Assembly (NCBI GenBank): GCA_016932755.1
Contig: JAFGCE010000057.1
Span: 1-37,460, forward strand
Length of the DNA: 37,460 bases
Origin: Candidatus Woesearchaeota archaeon
Lineage (GTDB): Archaea; Nanobdellota; Nanobdellia; Woesearchaeales; JAGWAF01
Direction of reading: 5' to 3'
Position numbers and translations under genes: made by a program. Positions 9,464 to 17,607 of the stretch are shown here, piece by piece. Numbering within the stretch: the stretch's first letter is position 1; each line of letters begins with the position of its first letter. The notes under the pieces are model-generated. The model searched no databases, was not told the DNA's origin, and saw only the letters and a program-made list of their open reading frames with translations.

Positions 9464-11278
9464 ATGGGGGACAAAACAATAGAAAAGCTTGTTCCTGACA
9501 CTTCAGTCATAATTGAGGGTGTTGTGTCGGAAAAGATTGAGAAAAATGAAATCAAGGCAGATGAAATCATAATCCATGAAGCTGCTTTTGCAGAGCTTGA
9601 GCACCAGGCAAACATGGGCAGGGCAACAGGATTCATCGGACTTGATGAGATAAAGAAAATAAAAGAACTTGCTGAAAAGAATAATTTCAAGATTTCATTC
9701 ACAGGAAACAGGCCGACTTCCCATGAGATAAAATACAGCAGGAGCGGGGAGATTGACGCTGTGATAAGGCAGATGGCATGGGAGCAGGGAGCCACGCTGA
9801 TTACAGGGGACAAGGTGCAGGCAAAAGTTGCAGAAGCAAAAGGCATTCCTGTAATTATTGTTTTCTCAGAGAAAAAAGGCCCTTTGAGCCTTGAGAAGTA
9901 TTTTGACAAGGCAACAATGTCTGTCCACCTGAGGGAAGACCTTGCTCCTTACGCAAAAAAAGGAGCTCCTGGAAAATGGGATTTTGTTGAGCTGGACAAG
10001 AAAAAGATGACCCAGAAGCAGATAAAGGAGATTTCAAAAGAGATAATCGAGGAAACAAGGCTCAGCAAGGACGGGTTTATTGAGATTGAAAGGGAAGGAA
10101 GCACAATAATCCAGCTCGGTGTTTACAGGATTGTCATAACAAGGCCTCCTTTTTCAGACGGATGGGAGATAACCGCAGTGAGGCCTGTCAAGACTCTTAA
10201 TCTTGAGGAGTATAAGCTGAGCGAAAAATTAAGCGCAAGGATTGAGCAGGCTGAGGGAATGCTGATTGCAGGCTCCCCTGGAATGGGCAAAACCACATTT
10301 TCACAGGCACTGGCCTTATTTTACGCAGGGAAAAAAAAGGTTGTCAAGACAGTTGAGGCGCCAAGGGATTTGCAGCTTGGGCCGCAGATAACACAATATG
10401 CTATAAGAAGAGGCTCAATTGAGGAGATACATGATATACTTCTGCTGAGCAGGCCTGACTACACTGTCTATGACGAGATGAGGAACACAGAGGATTTTGG
10501 CTTGTTTTCAGACATGAGGCTTGCAGGAGTCGGAATGGTTGGGGTTATCCATGCAACAGCTGCTGTTGACGCAATCCAGAGATTTATCGGAAGGGTTGAG
10601 CTGGGTGTTATTCCCCATATAATTGACACTGTTATTTTTATCAAGAACGGAACTGTGAACAAGGTTCTGTCGCTTAAGATGGTTGTAAAAGTTCCTTCAG
10701 GCATGACAGAAGCAGACCTTGCAAGGCCTGTTGTTGTTATCACTGATTTTGAGACAGGAAAGCTTGAATACGAGATTTACACATACGGCGAGGAGACTGT
10801 TGTTGTTCCTGTGACATCCAGGGCGCAGACTCCTTCGCAGGCTCTTGCTGCAAAAGCAATTGAAAATGAGTTCAGAAGATACTCTCCTGAGGCAAAGATT
10901 GAGGTTGTTTCAGACAACAAGTGCATTGCTTATGTTCCTGAAAGCATGATTTCAAGGATAATCGGAAAGCAGGGCTCAAACATAGAGCAGATTGAGAAAA
11001 GGATTGGGATTGGAATAGATGTCAGGCCTTTGGGTCCTGAGAAAAATACAGGGGAGTCTGTTGAGTTTGGAACCAAAATAGGAAAAAAGAATATTCAGCT
11101 GTTTGTTGATGAAAAATACGCAAACACGAATTTTGATATTTTTGTCGGCGATGATTACCTTGTCACAGCAAAGGCAGGCAAGAAAGCTGTCATCAAGATA
11201 AAGAAAACAAACAAGATGGCAAATGTCCTTGTTGATGCTGTGAATTCTGGGGAGAAGATAAGGCTGGTTGCCAAATAG
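9464..11278 (+). CDS. PINA: PIN-domain P-loop ATPase with KH domain (Holliday junction branch migration)
   Basis: PIN motif VPDTSVII...GEIDAVIR...LITGD; Walker A GSPGMGKT; YDEMR; KH loop IIGKQG. Start moved to ATG 9464 (TTTATAAA at 9432). Confidence 0.9.
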   Translation: MGDKTIEKLVPDTSVIIEGVVSEKIEKNEIKADEIIIHEAAFAELEHQANMGRATGFIGLDEIKKIKELAEKNNFKISFTGNRPTSHEIKYSRSGEIDAVIRQMAWEQGATLITGDKVQAKVAEAKGIPVIIVFSEKKGPLSLEKYFDKATMSVHLREDLAPYAKKGAPGKWDFVELDKKKMTQKQIKEISKEIIEETRLSKDGFIEIEREGSTIIQLGVYRIVITRPPFSDGWEITAVRPVKTLNLEEYKLSEKLSARIEQAEGMLIAGSPGMGKTTFSQALALFYAGKKKVVKTVEAPRDLQLGPQITQYAIRRGSIEEIHDILLLSRPDYTVYDEMRNTEDFGLFSDMRLAGVGMVGVIHATAAVDAIQRFIGRVELGVIPHIIDTVIFIKNGTVNKVLSLKMVVKVPSGMTEADLARPVVVITDFETGKLEYEIYTYGEETVVVPVTSRAQTPSQALAAKAIENEFRRYSPEAKIEVVSDNKCIAYVPESMISRIIGKQGSNIEQIEKRIGIGIDVRPLGPEKNTGESVEFGTKIGKKNIQLFVDEKYANTNFDIFVGDDYLVTAKAGKKAVIKIKKTNKMANVLVDAVNSGEKIRLVAK

Positions 11279-11282
11279 ATTT

Positions 11283-11822
11283 TCAGGCAGCGTTTGTGTC
11301 AGGCAGTGATGTATCTAATGGCAGCGGGTAAGCACCTATCTTCTGCAGAACCCTTATATCAGGAGGATCGTTACTGTAGCATCCAGCCATCTTCCCAAGC
11401 CAGTCTATGTAAAAGAAATAATTATCACAGAATCTCCTTCTTTCTTCCATTCCCACATTCCTCATCCTGTTGCCGGCAATTTCATAGACATGCAGCAAAG
11501 ATGCCAGATTGTCAGCGTATCTCTCATGTTCCCAAACTATTGCAGTTTCATTCCAGGAAGTGTAGCCTCTCTCTGCGCTTAGGTTCCACTTAAGCTTTGA
11601 CAGCACAGCAGCCTTAACAAGCCTTGCCTCTTCCCTTGTATAGCAGATTAGGCAAAGGTCTTTGCCGTCAAAATTGCTAAGAACATCTTGGTAGCCCTGA
11701 TTTAGCTGGCTAGGCAGTTCAGGCCTTCTGTCTTTTATTTCATCAAAAAGCCGGCTTACTAAATCTTTGTCTGATCCATGGTCTTTGTTAGCGACTTCTG
11801 GGGATTCTAGGACTGCTTCCAT
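11283..11822 (-). CDS. Hypothetical protein
   Basis: 179-aa ORF filling the gap; GGTGA-type RBS just upstream; no recognised motif. Confidence 0.7.
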   Translation of the reverse strand: MEAVLESPEVANKDHGSDKDLVSRLFDEIKDRRPELPSQLNQGYQDVLSNFDGKDLCLICYTREEARLVKAAVLSKLKWNLSAERGYTSWNETAIVWEHERYADNLASLLHVYEIAGNRMRNVGMEERRRFCDNYFFYIDWLGKMAGCYSNDPPDIRVLQKIGAYPLPLDTSLPDTNAA

Positions 11823-11917
11823 GTCTTCACCAGTTTAGTTTGTGTGGATTTTTGTATACTAGTGTTCAATTATTAGTATTTTGGATAACAACATTTATAA
11901 ATATTTCCTTGTATTTA

Positions 11918-11933
11918 TGATATAAATATATCA
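11918..11933. promoter_or_regulatory. Palindrome TGATATA-AA-TATATCA, candidate operator in the Lrp promoter
   Basis: Perfect 7-bp inverted repeat 15 nt upstream of ATG 11948, overlapping TATA-like sequence. Confidence 0.45.
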
Positions 11934-11947
11934 AATATCAATTAAAA

Positions 11948-12568
11948 ATGATACAAATTGATGAAAATGAGGAAAAAATAATAAAAGAGCTTGTTAAAGA
12001 CCCAAGGGTTTCTGACAACCAGATTGCAAAGAAGACAAAAATCCCTGTAATGACTGTAAACAGGAAAAGGAAAAAGCTTGAGGAAAAAGGGCTTGTAAGG
12101 TATTTTGCGACTGTCAACACAGACGAGGACGGAGCAGGGGGGTTTCTTGCAAAAGAGCTTTACATAATAAAATTCAAGATTGGGCTTACGCAAAGGATTT
12201 TCCTTAACAGGATAGAAAAGTCAAACAGGGTAAAAGGATTTTTTGCGCAGCATATTGAATATTCATTCCTTGGGGAAAAGGACGGGCATCTAACGCTGGC
12301 AGTTGTTGTTGCTGCAAGGACTGAATCTGAGTTGATGGAGCTGTTCAACGGCAAAATTATCCAGTTTTTCAAGGAGCATTTCGGGGAGGAAGCTATCAAA
12401 GAGGTCATAGCAGTCAATATAAGCAAGGCGATAAGGCTTCACCATAACTATCTTCCCTCTATTAACATGGAAGGCGGAAAAATAAAAAAAGAATGGAATG
12501 ACGAATGGATTTTTGCAGGAAAAGTTGCATCAGAAGAGCAAAAGCAAATCTCCCAGTTCAAAAAATAA
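11948..12568 (+). CDS. Lrp/AsnC-family wHTH transcriptional regulator (extended C-terminus)
   Basis: IDENEEKIIKELVKDPRVSDNQIAKKTKIPVMTVNRKRKKLEEKGLV HTH followed by a RAM-like region. Confidence 0.85.
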   Translation: MIQIDENEEKIIKELVKDPRVSDNQIAKKTKIPVMTVNRKRKKLEEKGLVRYFATVNTDEDGAGGFLAKELYIIKFKIGLTQRIFLNRIEKSNRVKGFFAQHIEYSFLGEKDGHLTLAVVVAARTESELMELFNGKIIQFFKEHFGEEAIKEVIAVNISKAIRLHHNYLPSINMEGGKIKKEWNDEWIFAGKVASEEQKQISQFKK

Positions 12569-12603
12569 AAAAGTTTTAATAGGATAATCAAAAAGGTGTT
12601 CAT

Positions 12604-13866
12604 ATGCTTGACATAAAGCTGATAAGGGAAAAACCGAAGCTTGTGCAGAAGTCCTGCAAAGACAGGGGGTATGATATTGATATAAAGCAGATTCTGAAGC
12701 TTGATGAAGATTTTAGAAAGCTGAAAGCCAGTGCAGACAGCCTGAGAAGCGAAAGGAACAAGACTGCGCAGGAGATAAACCAGCTTAAGAAAGAAGGGAA
12801 AGACATAAAGAAAAAAGTAAAGGAAGCAAAGAAGATTCCTGAAAAGATTTCCAAGACTGAGGAAGAGATGAACGCAGTCTTAAGCCAGATAAAAGACATG
12901 ATTCTGAGGATCCCCAACATAATGCATGAATCTGTTCCTGCCGGAGATGAATCAAAAAATAAGGAAATAAAAAAATGGGGAAAAAAGAAAAAAACAGGAT
13001 TCAAGGTAAAGCCGCACTGGCAGATAGGGGAAGAGCTTGGGATAATTGACATGGAAAGGGCTGCAAAGCTTGCAGGCTCTGGATTTTATGTTCTTAAAGG
13101 AGACGGTGCAAGGCTTCAGAGAGCTTTGGTCCAGTTCATGCTTGATTTCCACAACAAGCATGGGTTTACAGAAATCAACCCCCCTCAGATTGTCAATGCA
13201 AAAACAATGACAGGAACAGGCAACCTGCCTAAGTTTGAGGAGGATTTGTACAGGACAAGGGAAGGATTGTACCTTATACCAACAGCAGAGGTTCCTGTAA
13301 CAAACCTTCATGCTGATGAGATACTCAACACTTCAGAACTGCCGAAGCTTTACACTGCATTCACGCAATGCTACAGGACAGAGGCAGGAAGGCACGGCGC
13401 TGAAACAAGGGGGATTTTCAGGCTGCATGAGTTTGAAAAAGTTGAGATGGTCATGATTGTGCATCCTGAAAAGTCATGGGAAGCGCTGGAGGATATGAGG
13501 TCAAGAGCTGAGAAGCTGCTTGAGCTGCTTGAGATCCCTTATAGGGTTCTGGTGCTTGCAACGCAGGATGCAGGCTTTGCTTCTGCAAAGACATATGACA
13601 TTGAATGCTATGCTCCTGCAGACGACAGGTATCTGGAAGTTTCATCATGCTCAAACTGCACAGATTTCCAGGCAAGAAGAATGAACACAAGAATGAGAAC
13701 GCAGCAGGGAAACGTGTTTGTCCACACGCTGAACGGCTCTGGGCTTGCGCTGCCGAGGCTTATGATTTCAATACTTGAAAACTACCAGAATGAGGACAGT
13801 TCAATAACAATCCCAAAACTGCTCCAGCCTTACATGGGCGGGCAGAAAAAAATAACAAAAAAATAA
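12604..13866 (+). CDS. serS: Serine--tRNA ligase (standard/bacterial type)
   Basis: MLDIKLIR start, coiled-coil arm, LIPTAEVP, YRTEAG..RGIFRLHEFEKVE, EVSSCSNCTDFQARR, HTLNGSGLA. Confidence 0.97.
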   Translation: MLDIKLIREKPKLVQKSCKDRGYDIDIKQILKLDEDFRKLKASADSLRSERNKTAQEINQLKKEGKDIKKKVKEAKKIPEKISKTEEEMNAVLSQIKDMILRIPNIMHESVPAGDESKNKEIKKWGKKKKTGFKVKPHWQIGEELGIIDMERAAKLAGSGFYVLKGDGARLQRALVQFMLDFHNKHGFTEINPPQIVNAKTMTGTGNLPKFEEDLYRTREGLYLIPTAEVPVTNLHADEILNTSELPKLYTAFTQCYRTEAGRHGAETRGIFRLHEFEKVEMVMIVHPEKSWEALEDMRSRAEKLLELLEIPYRVLVLATQDAGFASAKTYDIECYAPADDRYLEVSSCSNCTDFQARRMNTRMRTQQGNVFVHTLNGSGLALPRLMISILENYQNEDSSITIPKLLQPYMGGQKKITKK

Positions 13867-13867
13867 G

Positions 13868-14155
13868 ATGGCAAAAATACCCTGGTATTTGTGGATAATT
13901 GTCGGCGGAGTGATGTTCGCTGTCTCTTACAGGATTGGGGAGTCAATGAACATATTTCTTTACATTGGATTATTATTTTTAGTTGTAGGAATTTTCAAGA
14001 TGCTTGTTTCATTTATTCTCGGAAACAAGGGAAAAAAGGCAGTAAAGCAGGCAGCAGAGATGAGGACGCAGCAGTTCACCTGCCCGAGATGCAGGGCTGT
14101 AATCTCGCCTGACTTTTACTTCTGCCCAAACTGCGGAACAAGGCTTCGATTCTGA
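13868..14155 (+). CDS. Small membrane protein with C-terminal double zinc ribbon
   Basis: Two hydrophobic segments, then CPRC...FCPNCG. Confidence 0.85.
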   Translation: MAKIPWYLWIIVGGVMFAVSYRIGESMNIFLYIGLLFLVVGIFKMLVSFILGNKGKKAVKQAAEMRTQQFTCPRCRAVISPDFYFCPNCGTRLRF

Positions 14156-14212
14156 AAACCTTTCTTTATTTTAATCAAAAAGTATATATAGAATAATTAA
14201 TTCTGCAGGGCT

Positions 14213-15286
14213 ATGGGCAATATTTTTGACGGCATGCTTAAGGAGGGGGAAAGCTTATTCAAAAATCTTGATGCTCTTGATTTTGAGTTTGTCCCAAAGC
14301 TTCTGCCTTACAGGGAAAACCAGCAGCATTACATAGCAGGCTGCATCAAGCCGCTTTTGCAGGGAAGGAACGGAAAGAACTTGTTTATTTTCGGCGCCCC
14401 AGGCATAGGAAAGACAGCTGCAATAAAATGGGTTCTCAGGGACTTGGAAGAGCATTCTGATGATGTTGTTCCTGTCTATATCAACTGCTGGCAGAAAAAC
14501 ACGACTTACAAGATAGTTGTGGAAATGTGCGGGCTTGTCGGATACAAATTCACCCAAAACAAGAAGACAGAAGAGCTCTTCAGGATTGTAAAGGAAAGGC
14601 TGAACAAAAAAGCTGTTGTTTTCGCATTTGACGAGATTGACAAGGTTGAGGATTTTGATTTCCTTTATTCGATTCTTGAGGAGATTTACAAAAAAACGGT
14701 TTTATTGATAACAAACTACAGGGAGAAGCTTGACGAGCTTGACGAAAGGATAAGGTCAAGGCTTCTGCCTGAGATTCTTGAATTTCCCCAGTACAACAGG
14801 GACGAAACAGCAGGAATACTGAAAGAGAGGATGAAGCTTTCTTTTGTTTCCGGAGTCTGGGAAAAGGATGCATTTGACCTTGTTGCTGAAAAAACAGCTG
14901 ATATCAAGGACATAAGATGCGGTTTGTATTTGATGAGGGCTGCAGGCATGATAGCTGAGGACAATGAGATGAGAAAGATTATGCTTGCGCACGCAAAATC
15001 AGCAATCCAAAAGCTTCCTGAGTTCACTGTCAAGGACAAGGATGAGCTTGATGATGAATCGCAGAGCATACTCTCAATTGTAAAAGAGAACAGCGGGAAA
15101 AAGATTGGCGACCTGTTCAAAGTTTACCAGGAGAAAGGAGGAACATCAACATACAAGACTTTCCAGAGAAGGATTTCAAAGCTTTCTGAGAACAGGTTTA
15201 TTTCCACAGAAAAAATAACAGGCGGAAAAGACGGCACAACAACAATAGTCAGTGTTGAAAAAGAGAAAAAGCTGACTGAGTTCTGA
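14213..15286 (+). CDS. cdc6: Orc1/Cdc6 replication initiator
   Basis: LDFEFVPKLLPYRE, Walker A GAPGIGKT, VYINC, Walker B FDEID, RIRSRL, C-terminal winged helix. Confidence 0.92.
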   Translation: MGNIFDGMLKEGESLFKNLDALDFEFVPKLLPYRENQQHYIAGCIKPLLQGRNGKNLFIFGAPGIGKTAAIKWVLRDLEEHSDDVVPVYINCWQKNTTYKIVVEMCGLVGYKFTQNKKTEELFRIVKERLNKKAVVFAFDEIDKVEDFDFLYSILEEIYKKTVLLITNYREKLDELDERIRSRLLPEILEFPQYNRDETAGILKERMKLSFVSGVWEKDAFDLVAEKTADIKDIRCGLYLMRAAGMIAEDNEMRKIMLAHAKSAIQKLPEFTVKDKDELDDESQSILSIVKENSGKKIGDLFKVYQEKGGTSTYKTFQRRISKLSENRFISTEKITGGKDGTTTIVSVEKEKKLTEF

Positions 15287-15289
15287 GCT

Positions 15290-15347
15290 CACTGGACACG
15301 CCAAATAAATCTGTCTATCCATTTCATTTCTTCACTGGACACTGGAC
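15290..15347 (-). repeat. Three GTCCAGTG (mini-ORB-like) direct repeats next to cdc6
   Basis: CACTGGAC on + at 15290, 15333 and 15340; its reverse complement matches the TCCAGTG core of archaeal ORB elements. Confidence 0.5.
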
Positions 15348-15392
15348 ATGGTGTTGTGAGGTATTTAAAGGAGTTTTATTCTGTATAGTATA

Positions 15393-15511
15393 TTGGTTTT
15401 TAGGTTTCGGCAGGGAACCTTCTTGAAACCAAACCCCTGCCCAATTTTTTCAAAACGAGGTAAATCTGAACAAGTTCAGATAACCTCAAACAAAAAATGA
15501 GGTGATTAAAC
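15393..15511 (+). ncRNA. Candidate structured 5' leader (hairpin/pseudoknot plus anti-SD hairpin)
   Basis: TTTAAAG at 15364 predicts a start near 15394. Stems 15393-15408/15414-15432, 15409-15415/15435-15441 and 15457-15471/15474-15487. Confidence 0.5.
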
Positions 15512-15631
15512 ATGGTCGATCTTACAACATCAACAATAAAAGAAATATTCAACAAGCAAATCAGGGACCTTACAAAAAAAACACTTGCTGCTGACAGCTT
15601 TGACTATCAGTTCAGCGACAGGTGGGTATGA
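15512..15631 (+). CDS. Unannotated 39-aa protein MVDLTTSTIKEIFNKQIRDLTKKTLAADSFDYQFSDRWV
   Basis: Full SD GAGGTGAT at 15499-15506, ATG 15512, TGA 15629-15631, host-like codons, downstream hairpin and T-tract. Confidence 0.75.
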   Translation: MVDLTTSTIKEIFNKQIRDLTKKTLAADSFDYQFSDRWV

Positions 15632-15677
15632 TTATCCTTAGCTATAAAACTGAATTCTAGATAAAGCCCGCAAACAC

Positions 15678-15726
15678 CTCCCCCCTTCCTAACGGAAGGG
15701 GAGCTTTTTCTTAACAAATTTTTTTT
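15678..15726 (+). terminator. GC hairpin CCCCTTCC-TAAC-GGAAGGGG followed by T-tracts
   Basis: 8-bp perfect stem, then CTTTTTC and TTTTTTTT. Confidence 0.6.
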
Positions 15727-15845
15727 ATATAACTCAAAATTAGTCAGAATTTTGATAATATAAAAAACCGAAAATGTTTTTTATATAAAACTTAACCAAA
15801 ACCTTTAAAAAGCGTCGGAAATTCTCCGGCTATAGAGGGTTTAAG

Positions 15846-16421
15846 ATGAGAGTATTAACCAAAGAAGAAACAAAGATACAGGCTGGAAAACTAGGCGAGG
15901 AAATAATCGAGCGCGGAGCTGTTTTCATACATCCAACAGACACTATCTACGGATTGGGATGCGACGCAACTAATGACACAGCTGTAAAAAGGATAAGGGA
16001 CATAAAATCAAGATTCAAAAAGCCTTTCTCAGTAATAGCCCCATCCAAAGAATGGATAACAAAAAACTGCGTTGTTACAAAGGAAGCCAAAGAATGGATT
16101 GAAAAGCTCCCAGGACCGTACACACTGATAATGAAGCTGAAGAACAAAAAAGCTGTTTCAGAACACACTAATTTTGGTGTTGATACCATTGGAGTGAGGA
16201 TACCTGACCACTGGTTCAGCCATGTTGCTTCAGCGCTGGGTAAGCCTATTGTTACAACTTCTGCAAACAAAGTAGACCAGGATTTTATGACAACACTGGA
16301 TGATTTAAACCCAATCATAAAAGAGAGTGTTGATTTTATCATATATGAAGGGGAAAAGCGCGGAAGGCCTTCACAGCTTGTCCATCTTGACCAGGGAAAG
16401 GTCACAATCAAGAAGAGATAA
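15846..16421 (+). CDS. tsaC: L-threonylcarbamoyladenylate synthase (YrdC/TsaC, single domain)
   Basis: PTDTIYGLGCDA, KxR..KP, LPGPYT, GVRIP, TTSAN; no SUA5 C-terminal domain. Confidence 0.93.
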   Translation: MRVLTKEETKIQAGKLGEEIIERGAVFIHPTDTIYGLGCDATNDTAVKRIRDIKSRFKKPFSVIAPSKEWITKNCVVTKEAKEWIEKLPGPYTLIMKLKNKKAVSEHTNFGVDTIGVRIPDHWFSHVASALGKPIVTTSANKVDQDFMTTLDDLNPIIKESVDFIIYEGEKRGRPSQLVHLDQGKVTIKKR

Positions 16422-16463
16422 ACCCCAAACCTTTTTAAATAGCCTAATCCTATTTTCTGTAAA

Positions 16464-17066
16464 ATGAAGATACTTGCAGCTGGAGATATACACGGAGACA
16501 GCAGGCTTGCCGAGAGGCTTGCTGAAAGGGCTGAGAAGGAAAAAGTGGATTTGGTAGTTATATGCGGGGACATAACCCATTTTGAGTCAAGCACAGAAAA
16601 CCTCATGGGGCCTTTTGTAAAAAGGCACAAAAAAGTTCTTTTGGTTCCAGGCAACCATGAAAGCGTTGCCACAGTTGATTTCCTTGCGAAGTTCTACGGG
16701 CTGACAAACCTTCACGGATATTCTGTAAAGATAGGGGATGTCGGATTGTTCGGCGCAAGCGGCGTTAATCTTGGAATAAACCAGATGAGTGAAAAGGAAA
16801 TCTATGATTTGCTGAAAAAAGGGCATGATGATGTCAAGGATATGGAAAAAATAGTTATGGTTACTCATGTCCACCCTTCCGGCACAAAGATGGAGAAATT
16901 CACTGATTTTTTTCCGGGAAGCAAGAGCATAAGAAAAGCGATAGACAGCTTCCAGCCTGACATAATGCTCTGCTCACATGTCCACGAAGCTGAAGGCATT
17001 GAGGAAAAGATAGGCAAAACAAAAGTAGTCAATGTCGGAAAGAAAGGAAAAGTATTTGAGATTTAA
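16464..17066 (+). CDS. Calcineurin-like metallophosphoesterase (Icc-related)
   Basis: GDIHG, GD, PGNHE, THVHP, HVHE motifs. Confidence 0.92.
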   Translation: MKILAAGDIHGDSRLAERLAERAEKEKVDLVVICGDITHFESSTENLMGPFVKRHKKVLLVPGNHESVATVDFLAKFYGLTNLHGYSVKIGDVGLFGASGVNLGINQMSEKEIYDLLKKGHDDVKDMEKIVMVTHVHPSGTKMEKFTDFFPGSKSIRKAIDSFQPDIMLCSHVHEAEGIEEKIGKTKVVNVGKKGKVFEI

Positions 17067-17166
17067 GACAACCGCCGAAAGTTGCGGGATATTTCTTTTT
17101 TAGCTCTTAGGGAAAAGCAGAATTAAGAAATTTTTATATACCCTTCTTATTAGAACATGTCTTAAA

Positions 17167-17607
17167 GTGGCAAGCTGGAAAAAAAGAATAAAAAAACATT
17201 TTACTGAGGTAATAAAGATAAAGAAATCGCCCCATTCTATAGCTTTGGGATTTGCTATTGGCACATTTATTTCAAACCTGCCGACTCCGGGGGTTAATAT
17301 CCTTCTCGGATTGCTAGTCTCGCTTTTATACACTAAAGTAAATAAATTATCCTTGTTTGGAGGAATATTGTTCTGGAACCCCCTTATAACCCCTTTTACA
17401 TACGGGCTAAGTTTTAAGATAGGCGACTTTCTTCTTGGAAACGCGGCTATAGTTGAATATACACCCAACCGCTTTGAGCAATTTTATAGTTTTTCATCAA
17501 GATTTTTATTAGGTGTTGTTATAGTTGCCTCTGTTTTGGCAGTAGCAAGTTATTTTATAGTATGGTCTTTAGCATATCTGTACCAGAAAAAAGATGGCAG
17601 ACGCTAA
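17167..17607 (+). CDS. DUF2062-family membrane protein
   Basis: SPHSIALGFAIGTFI..LP.PG, NPLITPFTY..S.KIG. GTG start uncertain. Confidence 0.8.
   Translation: MASWKKRIKKHFTEVIKIKKSPHSIALGFAIGTFISNLPTPGVNILLGLLVSLLYTKVNKLSLFGGILFWNPLITPFTYGLSFKIGDFLLGNAAIVEYTPNRFEQFYSFSSRFLLGVVIVASVLAVASYFIVWSLAYLYQKKDGRR

Noticed and set aside
9452..11278. Reading this gene as a type IV pilus/TadA secretion ATPase or VapC toxin
   Set aside because: The PIN + ATPase + KH architecture is that of PINA; no pilus or antitoxin genes nearby.
15290..15347. CRISPR-like repeat array
   Set aside because: Repeats are only 8-10 nt, irregularly spaced, and there are no cas genes.
15497..15505. Mini-ORF ATG-AGG-TGA
   Set aside because: By-product of the GAGGTGA SD sequence; no RBS of its own.
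15947..16672. 241-aa - strand ORF
   Set aside because: Antisense to tsaC and the metallophosphoesterase gene.
17072..17101. CCGC/GCGG hairpin plus T-tract after the metallophosphoesterase gene
   Set aside because: Only a 4-bp stem; at most an ordinary terminator.
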